A DNA stretch of 60,083 bases, filler included, from Hausera hauseri (Eukaryota), in the NCBI GenBank assembly GCA_046269625.1. It is 10 parts of 10 records of this genome, joined end to end, with 100 filler letters (N's around TTAATTAATTAA, not from the genome) between each part and the next. Parts side by side here need not be neighbours in the genome. Positions count along the whole stretch, not along the records: positions 1 to 4,253 come from JBJURY010674773.1; positions 4,354 to 8,947 come from JBJURY010513127.1; positions 9,048 to 13,264 come from JBJURY010694549.1; 7 more parts are not named here. One strand, given 5' to 3'. The notes below the pieces were generated by a model. That model was not told the origin of the DNA. It saw only the letters and a program-made list of their open reading frames with translations, and did no database searches. Positions 1 to 12,871 of the stretch are shown in pieces (positions within the stretch are counted from its first letter, which is position 1; every line of letters begins with the position of its first letter). A program made the position numbers and the translations under genes.

Positions 1-835
1 ATAAGGTCGTGTCCCATATTACTGTTGCTTCTTGCCTCATGAATTTCATTCCTTCTGTTATATTACTTGACCAATATATAGTTGGAGTGTTTACTTCCGC
101 AATTACTTTAACGGTTGAATCTGACAGATTTCCAATCATTTCATCACTATAACGATAACCGGTTGTCACACTAAACATTCCTCCTTTTAGGAATGCCAAG
201 TGACAGCTTGATTTTGTATCATTCGTCCAAGTTAATAACCCAGTTCTTACTCGGCATGACTCTGTTGTATATTTACAAAATGGTGCATCGACCATTGTAC
301 CTGCAGTGGTGTCAAAAATGAATTTAGCTGTTTTTAATTCAACAATGTACCTTTGTAATATGTACATTTCCTTTACTTCCGCCATTAGCTGCACAGTTTC
401 CTGCAGCATCAATTGTTCCTTCCTTATAACTTAATACTGTTTGTACTTTTCCTGGTTGAATAGCTATAGTAAATCCATCCAAGTTAATTCTCCCGTATTG
501 TATGGCCTCTAAGCATTGCTGTGGTGTAATTTTTAATTGCATGAATGGCGTGAAAGGTTTGATTTCAGATATGCAACTATGCATCCCACAATATTGCAAT
601 TTTTCACACATTTTTAAAGAACATTCATAACCGGATATGTGTAACTTCTGTTTTTGCTGGTAGACATATATATGTTCTTTTTGAGTAGTTAGACGATGAG
701 GTGAGCATCTGGACATTTATCTAAATTCATCAAGGAATAGTACTTTCCGTGTTTAATGTTATTAATACCCGCTCCTTTCGGTAGGATAGTGGTTAAAAGC
801 AATAAGACAGATAATATTGCATTTATAATGTTTTT
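1..835 (-). pseudogene. env: Chuvirus-like (class III / gB-type) envelope glycoprotein, N-terminal part, frameshifted
   Basis: Signal-like IINAILSVLLLLTTIL, then YYSLMNLDKC, ECSLK...YCGMHS (576-593), ITPQQCLEAIQYG, GTIDAAGNC and CKYTTESC..GLLTW...SC..LKGG. The Cys spacing and YCGMHS motif are typical of chuvirus-type G proteins. Frameshifts near 700 and 350. Confidence 0.75.
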
Positions 836-1580
836 AGTATTATTTGACGCTGGTTTTTCTTCCCTTTCTTCTTGTATTTGTTTTTCCTTTATACTCTCTG
901 TAAGTTGAGTTACAACTTCTGGCAACGTTTCTAGAGTCATTCTTGGTACTGACTGCTGAACTTGTGCTGATACGTTTTTATAAACATCAGAGTCGATCAA
1001 GTCAATTATAATTGGAATGATTTCCTTAATTTCAGATTTACTTTCTACTGTCGTTATAAGAAAAACTAACGTTTTTTCGATACGTCTTTTCGTCAGTGTT
1101 TGTAATGGTTTCTTAACTATTTGTTCACGGCAATGTTTAGGCATTTGATCTCTTTGATATTGATTGCCAGTTATTTTACACATTTTATCCAACTTGGTGT
1201 TCCTTTAATGATAGTTATTACACCGGTAACGATATCGTATAATTCTTTTACTATATCACGAATTATCTTGTAATTCTTATTTGTTTTTATAACTTCAATT
1301 GTAGTCATTTTTTGAACGAAAGCATTTATTATAAAATCCTCATTTGCTTGTCTTTTAAGTTTTTTCTGTTCAGCTTGTAGTAGCTGCTTGGGTATAACCT
1401 GATGGATTTCCTTATCATATTCAGCTATGGGCGTTATTTGCTGTGTCTGGATGTTGTGTTTACGTTTGTTTACGAAAAAATTTTTGTCATTTATTCCAAG
1501 AATTTCTTCGTCTATTTAACTTTTTCTTGTCCATCAGAAACTCGTTTGATTATGTCTTCTTTAAGTAACTGTTTAGTTTA

Positions 1581-1796
1581 TATGACATGAATTTCGTTAT
1601 TTTCTCCTTGTAATGTGCCTACTTCTGTTACGTAAGAAGCGTTATCAAGTATTCGATTTGCAAAGATAATTCGCATATAATTTATGTTTATTTTGGTTTC
1701 TTCCGCTATTGCCTGTTTTGTAGCTAGTACGTTCTCGTGAGTAGACATAATTATTTTCATTTCTTTAGTCTTTAGAGTTATTATTTTTAATGGAAG
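1581..1796 (-). pseudogene. Ubiquitin-like (beta-grasp) domain within the element polyprotein
   Basis: LPLKIITLKTKEMKIIMSTHENVLATKQAIAEETKININYMRIIFANRILDN...IHVI aligns without gaps to ubiquitin 1-50 with identities at T7, L8, K11, K27, I30, I36, R42, I44, F45, A46, L50. IHVI matches LHLV. No C-terminal GG is visible. Confidence 0.75.
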
Positions 1797-3531
1797 TATT
1801 AAAGGGAATTTTGTCGGAATGTAGTTCCGTATTGTTTGAACAACATTTTTGGTAATGCATTATATCTATTATTATCAGCTGCCAATATAATTAATTCTGG
1901 TATTTTATCCTTTAATGCTTGTAAATCAAATTTTAGTTCAGAGATTTGATAGATGCTCATCGAAGACTTCAGGCCAAATTTGAGTTAAAGAAATATCAGA
2001 TTTCAATTTTCCGGGTATATATTGCACTTGATATACTAGATCTTGATGAGGTTGTGTTATAACCTCTTCATACTCTTGTAAAGTTTTTCTTTATCTCCTT
2101 CGGTTAAATTTAATTCATCGGCAGTTTGGGCTTCTTCCGAATCATTTAGTTCTTCTAATGGTATGTCATCAATGTCTTGATTTTGATTACTTGTCGCATG
2201 TTCATACCAATCAGCTACTTTTTGGATTTTCTTTTTATCTAATTCTGTAAAGAATGGTTTAAGAGTTGATATCATTTTAAAATGTTTTCAGCTTTGGGTT
2301 TATCGGCTGGTTTAATTCTTCTGTATTTGAGTTTTAACTTTAACTCTTCAATTTTATTTATGATTTTAAGAGTACCTTCTATTTTATCAATAAAACTTTC
2401 TATGGAATTTATTTTAACCCGATCTCTTTCTGAAAACATTTTTAAATTTATTTCATTTTAAAATTTGTTGATATAATTTTTCCTGCGACAAATTAGGAAG
2501 GTTAAGTTGGCTCAATCTTTCAATTCTAAGTTTTAATTCGTTAACCTTTTTTATAGTTGGTTTAGTATATTTATCGATTCCTCCCCTAAATTCAAAGATA
2601 CGTTTTTCATTATCTTTTCGAAAAGGATATTCTGATGTCAGAGCTATTTCATTTTTTTTATGAATCCACTTCTTTTTTTCCTGTCTTGAAAGCTTCATTT
2701 GAGTTTTTTCTCAAGTTGAGTTAAGGTGGAAATCTTTTCCATGTCGACACCTCTAGCTTTTTGTAGCAATTGTGACAAAGTATCTTTTGTCTGAGTAGAA
2801 TCCTCAGTTAAATCTACTGCTTCTACTGATAACTACTTGTGTGATTTTTGAGAGATTGAGGTATCTCTTTTTCTACCTAAAACCTCATCTATTACTTTGT
2901 CATTTTCAGTACATTGTTTACTGTAATGATTTTTGTGTATTTGTTTTAATGTCTATAAAAGATCACCAAATACTGTAGATTGTTTCAACTTTTTTGGATC
3001 ATTTAGATGCCCGGACAAAGTCACTAACCGCATTTCTAGTAAATCCTTTGCATACTCTGGTATTTCTCCGCTTAGTATATTTTTGACATCTTGCTTTATT
3101 TTCTTGGTAACATATTTCTCTTCGTTATTATCTTCAGATATCATTTCTATTGGTTCAGCATATGGTTTTTTCTCCGACTTTCTAGTCACTTTTGGAACCA
3201 CCTGAGTAAGAAACTCCTCAGTTTCAGGTGCCTTTTGTATCGGTGTTCATTGATGAATCGTTAATGGTTAAGTTTATTGTACCTCAGTTTCTAGTTTATT
3301 TAAAACTTTATCGATTGTATTAGCAATTATCAAAGATTTCTCAGAACAATCGCTTGACAAATCATCTAAATCTGGATTAAATTCTTTTTGCTCTTGTTCA
3401 CTTTCCCCCTCATCTTTCTCTAATTAAGCTAGTGAGTTTACATCTATTTCCTCATCAGAGTTTGGTTGTGTAGGTGCATTTTGTTGCATTTGTGAAGATT
3501 CAACTTCAGGTCCTACAGGCATAGCTTTTAA

Positions 3532-4253
3532 CTAATATTCTTCGGCTGATGTTAAAGTTTTACCTTTAGATAATTTGTCTAAAACCCTTTTTCTCGTTTT
3601 AATAATTATTCTATTGGTGACAAATTCGTCCGTATAATCGTTCTCCTCAATCATAGATGATATAGGTCTTTTATACTTTCCTGCTTGGTAGCGTTTAAGC
3701 ATATCATCAACATCAGTGCTTTCTTTAGCAGCTTGACTAAGGAACTGCTCCTTTATTTGTGGAGGTATTCTATCTAATTTAATTTTTACGTCATCTAATG
3801 TTCCATGTAATAATGATAAATGCAACGCCTTTTCTTGTTTTACTGCTGGTAACTGTTCAACTAGGGTCATGCAACTGACCGAAGTATGACCATTTTGGCC
3901 GCATCTTTTGCATATCACTGGAGATCCATTTTTATTTAAGTCCACTCTGCCTTTCTGTTGGTATTAATTGGAATTATTTTTATTCCATGAATTCTTATTA
4001 TTATTATTGTTGTTACTGCAGGGACTTTTATTGGTATTGTTACCTTTGCTTTGTGAAAAGTGGTATTACTTTGAGACTCTCATGCATCGGATTTCGATTG
4101 TGTTGCTTATTGTCATCTTGTGATTATTGTTGTTGAAAATTTTGTTGATTTCCATTATTATTTTGTGAAAATTTTCTACTATTATTATTTTTAGGGTCAC
4201 CTGTAAATGGACCAACATACGCCTCAAGATTTTGGGCCTCTCTTCCTGCCTCT
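3532..4253 (-). pseudogene. gag: Gag C-terminal region with CX2CX4HX4C zinc knuckle
   Basis: CKRCGQNGHTSVSC is a canonical retroelement nucleocapsid knuckle. It follows an N/Q-rich linker and a capsid-end-like helix (EAGREAQNLE). Confidence 0.7.
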
Positions 4254-4353
4254 NNNNNNNNNNNNNNNNNNNNNNNNNNNNNNNNNNNNNNNNNNNNTTA
4301 ATTAATTAANNNNNNNNNNNNNNNNNNNNNNNNNNNNNNNNNNNNNNNNNNNN
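4254..4353. other. Artificial contig linker (same at 8948-9047, 13265-13364, 19212-19311, 30139-30238, 34844-34943, 39341-39440, 45722-45821, 53938-54037)
   Basis: Identical N44-TTAATTAATTAA-N44 blocks with stops in all six frames. Confidence 0.99.
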
Positions 4354-4612
4354 AATTGGTATCTATACCAAAGAACATTACATGTATTTATCGTGAACAT
4401 GGTTTACATTGTGCTTATAAAAAGTGTTTAACATTATGTCAAAGTTATATTGTTGCGAAATAAATGTGTTATGAAATTAGTTGGCCTTATCCTATATAGT
4501 AGTTACTTAGTTTTACTTGGCCTTATCCTATATCCCACATTACTTGATCAAGAAGACAACAGGTTATTTCTATACAACATTTATTAAACAAAGAACAACA
4601 ATATGTACGTAT

Positions 4613-7600
4613 TTACAATGTCACATGTCCGTGAGATAGTGTATCGATTCCATCACCCAGGATCTGCCTCTTGTCATCCATCCCATCTAGGCTTTTCTTC
4701 TGTAGTGTTACTGTACCAATGTTACGATCAGTAGACTAGACCCTTCGCATCTCTGATATGATATGAGTCTGCCCATGTAGAACTCTAACATAGTCATCAA
4801 AGCCAATCTTCTTGGTTAAGGTAGCCCTTTGAACCCCTTTAGCCCGCTTATTTACATGGCCACATATATCAATAGCATACATTTTGAACCTAAGAGCTAC
4901 AAATCTCGAGACAATTGCCCCATTCACCTCGTCTTTGAATTTCCCTAGGACTTTCTTGTTGGCAATAGAATAGTTGGGATGATCCTTTGGATAGTCCGAG
5001 GTATCCATGTGCTGAGCCAATTGGGCAAGGTCCTTATAAATATCATCTGTATGAATCTGGTAGATGAAACTATCAGTATCCGTATATATCAGCTGTATGG
5101 GCTTGAATGTGGGGACCATTATATCGTAATGGAATCTGTACATTAGGGTCTTTGACAGGTAGAGGATTGCCATACCCACATATATGGGCTTATTGAATAC
5201 CAGTGCTGTTTTCAGCATATGGATGCTGATCAAGTTCTCAAAATATATGATGCTGCGTGGAAGTTGGGCTTGGAAATAAGCTTCTTTGCCCGCTTCCACT
5301 CAGAGACAAATTCGATGTTGATCCTGTTGCGGATATTCTCCATGGTCTTGCCAAAGACCGAGTTGTTGTAAAGCTTGAACTTGTCCTTCTCAAAATCGTT
5401 CTTGGCATTAGTCCGCAGCTTCGTATTGAGATCTATGTAGGGCTGCAGCCACATGGACTGACTGAAATGCAGGGCTCTATAGATCTTGGTAATACGAAGT
5501 CCATGTCTAACTGCCTGCTGGAGATTGATGTAGTGAACTAAATACCTTTCCCTATTACCCAGATGACAGAGCAGCTTTCTATGCTTTCCATGAGGCGGAG
5601 GCCTGCTCTTACGGAGGAAAGACAGCTGTTGATGCCTTGCGTGGATGGAAGCCGGATATTCCATATCCACCTCCAGTATGTATCCTGTATCTCCAGTGGG
5701 ATTCAGGTCCAATATAGGGATGTTTTCAGGATTCTCGACTCATTTGAAGTTATCATATGGCAATGGGACGCTCATTGCATATCGATACAAGTTGTTGGCA
5801 TCCAGGTATGATATATATGAGTATTCCTTGGATGAGTCATACTGGGCCATATACTTGTTGTTGGCCTCGCTATACCGGTGAATGACATGACATTCCGCCT
5901 CTAAGGCTCCTCTCGATCATAAGGATCATGTCGAAATCCTTAATGATCTGAAGCCTTATGCCGGTATATCTCTGCATTGCTGCCCAACTCATCCCTGGAG
6001 CCGTAAAGAAATGAGCCGGATCCAATGCATTGCTCTTCATTGCAACATTCCTGAAACTGTCAAAGACATCTGTCAGCAGCAGCACGTCCGTCCTGAGGTA
6101 AATATCACTATATTCCCCTATTGTTCAGCATTGGAATGCATGCCAGACGTTCTGGGCATGCTGGTAGTCAGCATGACTGATATCACAATCAGAGAGGATA
6201 ATAAAAAGTCCTTCTTGTCCGGCAATGAGGTCTCATCCAGTGTTTCACATGACGTTATGTAGTCATAAGGAAACACGCCTCTCCTCTTGACTAGGTCAAA
6301 TGCAGTGGGAAAGAACCGCTTCGTCTCCTTGAGTTCTTCTGCAGGGAGGTTCTTCACTAAACTGTTCAGTGAAGACGACATGAAACGAAAGCTGTCTATG
6401 AAGAGAAGCCTGATTCTTCCAACATGCTTGGTAAATGTGATGTATTTTTCATCACTACTAGGAATCACATCTATATTACCATCAATGTTGCCTAATTCTC
6501 GGATTATGAAATGGGAATCATAGCCACTGAGATTATGGAACACTACAGGCACACGTGCATATTTTGAAGCGAAGATTGCAGTTGTTTCATGCTGCGCCTC
6601 AATATGTACCTGTAAAATGGCAGTGATCCTTGACTTTCCAATTTTCCTTGCTGAAGGACTTGTCGCACAAATAACATGTTGTTGCCTTGCGCCATTCATC
6701 TTGTTTCCACGACATGTTCATTGTATCAATATGCTGTTGAAACATGTTTTCAAGCTTATGAACCATACCTTCAAGTCGTTTCATGAAATGTACTGCTGCG
6801 CCTGCACCCTTGAATAGAAATGGTTCACTGTCCAGTTCTTTGGTATACATGCAATACGATAAGAGTTCATTATATTGGCATGCCGTTGTGCTGCTATGTT
6901 GAGGACTGGGAGTGCAGCTGTGAATTGGCCAAAGAATAGCTTCAAAGTCGCAATAGACGACAAATGGGACCTTGATCTTCTTCTCGAACTCCTTGAATTC
7001 AATATAGTCCTCCTTGGGAAATTCTAGCCTGATACAATAATTGCTGTTGCAGTACATTTTGTGCTCTGAAAGCTTGTCCACAGCTGAATCACCACTGAAA
7101 TGGGAAAAGCATCGTTTACATATTTCTATTCTTTCCTTATGTTTCGTAATTTGGGATCTCACTAGACACTCAAAGTTCTTGATCCAAACATAATGTTTCT
7201 TTTCTCCATAGTCTAGTAGGAGCAGATCTCTATGATCTTCCAATTCAGTATCATATATCTGCAGAGGATAAAATATGTCCTCATCATCCAATCCAATGAT
7301 GTTGATGGATATATTGTTGATTCGCCCGAATATTTTGATTTCATCTATGGATTGCGGGAACTTAATACATTGGAGATCATAGTTGTACTGCATGTCATTA
7401 TATAGCCAAACTCCATCTGCTGCGTGTTTTTGATCCCGTATGAGTTTACATAATGGCATACATGAAACACTTGTTGTCATTATTATGGACATTGACACAT
7501 GCTTTTTATTAGCAATTCAATCAAAGAGCTTAATATATGAACTACCTTGCATGGGAGAGTACTTGTAAACATACACAAGCAATCTCTTGATGGTTGCCAG

Positions 7601-8532
7601 AGTCCACCCATTCTTCTTACTCTGGCTTTCATCGGCTTCACGGATCAGCTTCGCATGCTCTTTATGCAGCCATTCTACTGTATTGGTGGTATCAAAAATA
7701 GGTCTATTTCTGGTCTTAAAGTCACTTTTGGACTCTTCTCCATCAACATTGATGTATGAAACCTCAAGTTTCATGTTAACTTTAAGTGCCTTGATCTCAG
7801 GTATGTTGCCCTAGAGAATCCCTATTGTTTCTTCCTCTGTGTACTCCAGGAACGCCTTGATGGTTGTTTGACCAGCTGCATCAATGACGTATTTGCAAAC
7901 TTTTCTCTTTAATGCTGCAGCATTAACTGACCTCTGTCTTTGGCTTTTTTATGAAGCCGCTACGCCTGATGCGCCTGATGGACCTGATGCGCGTTTTAGT
8001 CCTGCATCTAGGTGTTCTGCTGCATCTAGCTGTGATACTGCTGCAACTGGCTTATGTTCATTAAACATGATCTTCTTTGAATTTGATGTGAAGACAAATG
8101 ATGTTTGTAATCTTCATAAAACTGTATGTATTCTCCATAACATACAGTCTCACATTCTGGGCAGATATAATAGATGGTCCTATTGAATTTGTGCCCATAA
8201 TAGGTCCTCATGGTACTGTGGCAATTCTGAGGGTTGTGTATTGCACATGTGCAATACACATATGAACTGCACCCTCGATTTTCCTTTGGCATGAAAGTCG
8301 TTATTGGCATATTGGTACTGAATATTTGTTTTTTCGACTTTTTGAAGGAAATAAAGTGCTGTTTATGGACATTGTAAAAGTCTTCATAATTGGATTGGCA
8401 CACTACCTCACATGTATGGCATATATAATACTGAACCCTGTTGTACATATGGCTGAAATACTTCTTCATAATATTGGGACAATTTTCAGGCTCATGGATT
8501 TGAGTCAAGCATTCTCTGTATAGTTTGCACAT
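4613..8532 (-). pseudogene. polB: Polinton/Maverick/adintovirus-type protein-primed DNA polymerase B with endonuclease VII-like insert, fragmented by frameshifts and stops
   Basis: Motifs in order: GW.L..I..L.V...YSP.QGSSYI, ExoI VVYCDFEA, CYLC..VKDHCHFTG (EndoVII-like), ExoII FHNLSGYDSHF, FIDSFRFMSSSL, RGVFPYDY, DVLLLTDVF, motif A YLDANNLY, motif B KLYNNSVFGKTMEN, motif C YTDTDS, KGV and terminal DDKR...TLSHGH. Confidence 0.93.
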
Positions 8533-9047
8533 CTAAAAATCAACCAATTATTTTGAGGAGCACAATTAAAAAACTCACCATTCGTTGAAGTGATTTAGGA
8601 AATAATGAAATATATTGCCATGTCACCATGTACTGCCTCGCTTATTGATTAGTTTTAATGCATCAATTAAATTAAACACAGGACGGCGCCAACATCAAAT
8701 AGGTTTTCCTGTATGTGGAATCGAATGATGTCATTACATTCTTTGAATAATGCATGCTTGACCGATTATTCGAGTTCGAATAGATAAGTATTCGACTAGC
8801 AAGCTCAAATTCGAATATCTAACATCTTATTCCAGTTCAACATACATGACTACCTATCCCACCCCGCTTATAGATTTATCGATTTCCGCTTCACTGCACT
8901 TTAAATGCACATTTTGCTTAATTCGAAATATTGATTTTGTATCTATANNNNNNNNNNNNNNNNNNNNNNNNNNNNNNNNNNNNNNNNNNNNTTAATTAAT
9001 TAANNNNNNNNNNNNNNNNNNNNNNNNNNNNNNNNNNNNNNNNNNNN

Positions 9048-9122
<75 letters not shown>
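9048..9122 (+). repeat. (AAT)n microsatellite
   Basis: Perfect AAT run at the contig start. Confidence 0.98.
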
Positions 9123-9529
9123 CAAATAGGAAGGCACAATATATCCAAATATATTATCATTATAATTTCATTGCAATATCAGTGTGCGCTGTATTCATAT
9201 CCCAAAGTTCTGCTCTGAATGCAATAAATGTTAACTAATGCATTTGAAGAGTTTGAAGTTGTATTTTTCATACTAATGCAATATTTAGCCAGTAGGACGA
9301 AGTCTCTCAGCAGCAGATTCTCACACCAGACATAAATGACCCTGCCAAAAATTTTGGTCAAAAAGTACAGATTAGAAAGTACAGATTAGAAAAGGAAGGA
9401 AAAAAAGTCATATATGCATCACCTGAGATTGTCATAGTAATGTTGATAAATATTATCGCAAGATATTTTATATTGTGCAGCCCTAATAACAAAATAAAAA
9501 TTGATTGATAACCCTAAATATGTGTGAGT

Positions 9530-9676
9530 GAGAGAGTGAATGGTTGTTTGTCTCTATGTGTGTCTCTGTGATGGACATGCGATCTGTCAAGGGTGGACCC
9601 CGCCCCTCGCACCATGACCCCCACGACCCTGAAAAGATTAATCGGGTACAGATTATTGATGAATGGATGGATGGAT
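9530..9676 (+). mobile_element. 3' part of a teleost-type SINE (V-SINE/HE1-like) with (TGGA)n tail
   Basis: tggttgtttgtctctatgtg...ctgtgatggac...ctgtcaagggtggaccccgcc...cccccacgaccctg...tggatggatggat matches my recollection of the common fish SINE 3' region. Confidence 0.7.
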
Positions 9677-12155
9677 CAACGCAACATAATTAAAAGTGTT
9701 TAAAAATTAAAATCTCTGGAAATTCTCTGCAGTCTGGGGCATTCTTAGATGATCAGGGGTTCCACAGATCATTTGCAGCAGGTCTGTTCCTCATGAGGCA
9801 CAAATATTCTCTTCAAGTCTGAAATTGACGTCTTTCAATTTGTCAAATCTATGTCATAAAATTCTTTAGAAACATAAGAAATTTGTGAGACCACCAGAGC
9901 TTTTGTTTGCCTTATAATTTGGTAGCAGGGAGTGAGAAACAGGCGTGTGGTTACCATGGTGGCCATAATGAGCCAGCGGCAGCAGCATTAACTTATTTTT
10001 TTTAAAAAACCTCTTAGTTCTTTTTCAGACTTCTTTTATGGTTTCTTTGTGTGTTTTTCTCCTCATTTTAAATTGTTTTAAAGTTTTGTTGGAGTTTAGC
10101 TGATTTGACACATTTCTAAAATTCTTTAGAAAGATTCCAGTTTGGTATTAATCTGTATCATTACGGCATGGAGACAACAGGATGGATGTGTTCTCCCCCC
10201 GCTCATGTTCTGCATGTGTCAGACGGGGTGCATTCAGAGTGTAGCAGGAATCACTCTAAACACTGCTGACATCCACTTTATTGTGTAATCGCAGTGCACC
10301 TGCATTCACAGCCAAGCTTTAGGTCTTTCACTGGTGCTGCAACACCGCCTGCATACAGTATGTTATTAATGCTGCGCTTGATACTGCAGACACTTTTCTT
10401 TAAAGCCAGATAAATAAAGAATATGTAGACTTGAATTAGGGCTAAACATAAAATCTGGTTATTGCATATAACCTTTGGTTTAAAAAAAAAAGTGTCATTT
10501 TGCGGTTTCTTGCTTCTCTTTCAACCAAAAACAGAACTATAACTTAAATTCATGGTTTCTTCCTGCTCCAGGCAGATAGCAGCACAGTTATTGTGGCATT
10601 TAGTAAATGTACTTTGAAATTGGAATTTAAACAAGATCATTATTAAAGCCATGTAATTAATAGGCCCTATTTAATAGCAATATAAATAATGAAGACATAA
10701 GATCTCAGTCTCGTCTCCTTTGTCTCCTGCTGTGTTGGAGTCAGGTGAGGTGAACAATGGGAGCTGTAAAAATGATTAAACAGCCCAACTCCTTTTGGTG
10801 AGAGTAAAACATTAAAGATCACATGGATTGGCAGCTAACCTTTTGATTCTTCTTCTCAGAATGAGCACACAGTGCAACAAGGTTTTCATTGAAGCAGATA
10901 AGCTACTTTTCTCCAAAACCAAAATAACTCGCAGGATCAGTTCTTCATCTGTAAAAAGCTGGTCAGTTTTACTCATCAGCTTGCCTTTTTTAGCCCGTGT
11001 GTCTGTCTTTGGTGAATTTGTTCTCAGCCTGAATATCTATCAAATCACAGGCCATCCCCCCCCCCCAATTTTTTGACTCCAGGCCTGATATTTAAATAGT
11101 GTGTGTGTTTGTGTGAACATAAACTCTGGTGTGATCCTGATGAGATCCAGATGTCTCTTACTCGTTTTAGATCTCAGTGGAGTAGAGGTCAAACCCAAAG
11201 GAAACAAGTTCATTTTTTATGGGCTGCACCTGGAAGGACATTCAGTGAACATAAACCTAAATAAAGGAATAATATGAAAACTTGTATTTTGGTCTCAGAG
11301 GTGCAGGAAGTGTTGCAAACTGGCTGTGTCTTGTGATGTGATAGTGCTGTAGTGTCCTCACCTGCAGCAGAGATGGATTGTTGCGTTTTGCCGCAGCAGA
11401 GGACATGAGAGCTGCGTGATTGGCCTGAACAGAGGGACTCTAATCAACATCTGAAGCATTAATCGCCCTCTGTCCTGCCTGGGTTATTACTTGTCACCAT
11501 CAGGAGCAAGGCTGAGGAGCACTTTGTCTCAGACAGTAACCGTAACAGTATCAAAATGAAAATTATTACTGATGCGTATTCTATGCAGATTTAACAAATG
11601 CTGTGAAGTCACTTTTACAAATAAAGACTTGGCATTCAAAGGATCATATGTCACCCTCCCGTCTTTTGTGCCAAAGTCTCATACAAATCATTTTAGTTTG
11701 AGAAAGATAGAGTTACAGCTGTTTTAGTCAAACTTTGAAAATAATGTTATGCATGCTCATAATCAGTATAGAGAGATTTTGTGTGATTCTATGGCAGTGC
11801 AGTGCCATTGCAGCGGTATGACTGATATAAAAAATAGATATGAATGTTTGGACACTGCTGGCATAATGGACTGGTTCTTGACAGGGCTCCTATATAAATG
11901 CAAAGTAAGGATTAAAAGTGTAGTTTTTGCTTGAAACTTTTTTTCTCTCTCTCTCAGGGTTTTGTTCATGGTTTTAAACACATTTTGCAACAAGACACAC
12001 TTTTAAAACTTAAATAGTAGATGTTGAATAATTTTACAGTAAAAACAACAGTTACACTTAAAATAATTATACTATAAAGGTGGTTTGTTTTATCTAAAGT
12101 ACATTTTAGTTAATTTTATTTCAACCTGTAATTTATTTCACTTTTATTAGTTCAG

Positions 12156-12871
12156 CTGTGTGGAGAACCAAAACTGACATAATTAGAAATCAAAACAGAA
12201 ATATGTAAATGGGCCAGTAAGTAAATACATACACTTAAAATACACCAACTAAATTAATAAAAGGAAAATTTTACCTCATGTTTCATAATTTAAATGACCT
12301 TCATATTTATTTTTCCAGCTTCGTTTCAACAAATTATATATTTTAGCAAATAATTTAAAAGAAAAGAAAGGAGGGAAAACCCTTACCTGTGCCTTTGTTT
12401 TAAACTAAACTTAACTTTAGGTTAAACTGAGGCAGCACAAGCATACAGTCGATGTGCACATGGATCCTGCTTCCTCCTCTCTGTTGACCAATAGGAGAGG
12501 AGCTGACCCAAGAAGGACCGCCCATCTTTTTGCATAATGAGGCAGAAATGCATAAGGAAATGTAAAAGCAGGAGAAAAAGGTAAAAAAAAGATCAAATGA
12601 AAATAAAAAGACTTGTGGGGAAAACAAACAAACAAACAACATTTAAGAGACAAATGCATCTGAAAGCTAAAACAAAAAAATTTAAAACAGTAAAATGTAA
12701 ATTTGTGCAACTATTCAGGAAAAATAAATATGAAGTCAAATAAATTATAAAAAATAGATAAAGTTCTCCTTTTATAAATTAATAATTGCATTTTAAGTGT
12801 ATTTATTTATTAATCTTTGTATGTATTTCTGCTTTTATTTCTAATTATGTCAGTTTTGGTCTTCCATACAG
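12156..12871. mobile_element. Non-autonomous DNA transposon (MITE) with ~50-bp imperfect TIRs
   Basis: Left ctgtgtggagaaccaaaactgacataattagaaatcaaaacagaaata vs reverse complement of right end ctgtatggaagaccaaaactgacataattagaaataaaagcagaaata. Confidence 0.75.

Larger units (their letters stand above)
1..4253 (-). mobile_element. Decayed LTR-retroelement fragment: Gag (capsid end + CCHC) - unknown region - ubiquitin-like domain - chuvirus-type glycoprotein; truncated at both contig ends
   Basis: A co-oriented chain of broken ORFs on the - strand: EAGREAQNLE and an Asn-rich linker at the contig end, CKRCGQNGHTSVSC (3871-3912), a ubiquitin-fold segment (1581-1796), a hydrophobic signal sequence (~775-835) and glycoprotein motifs below 770. 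Many stops and frameshifts. Confidence 0.7.
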
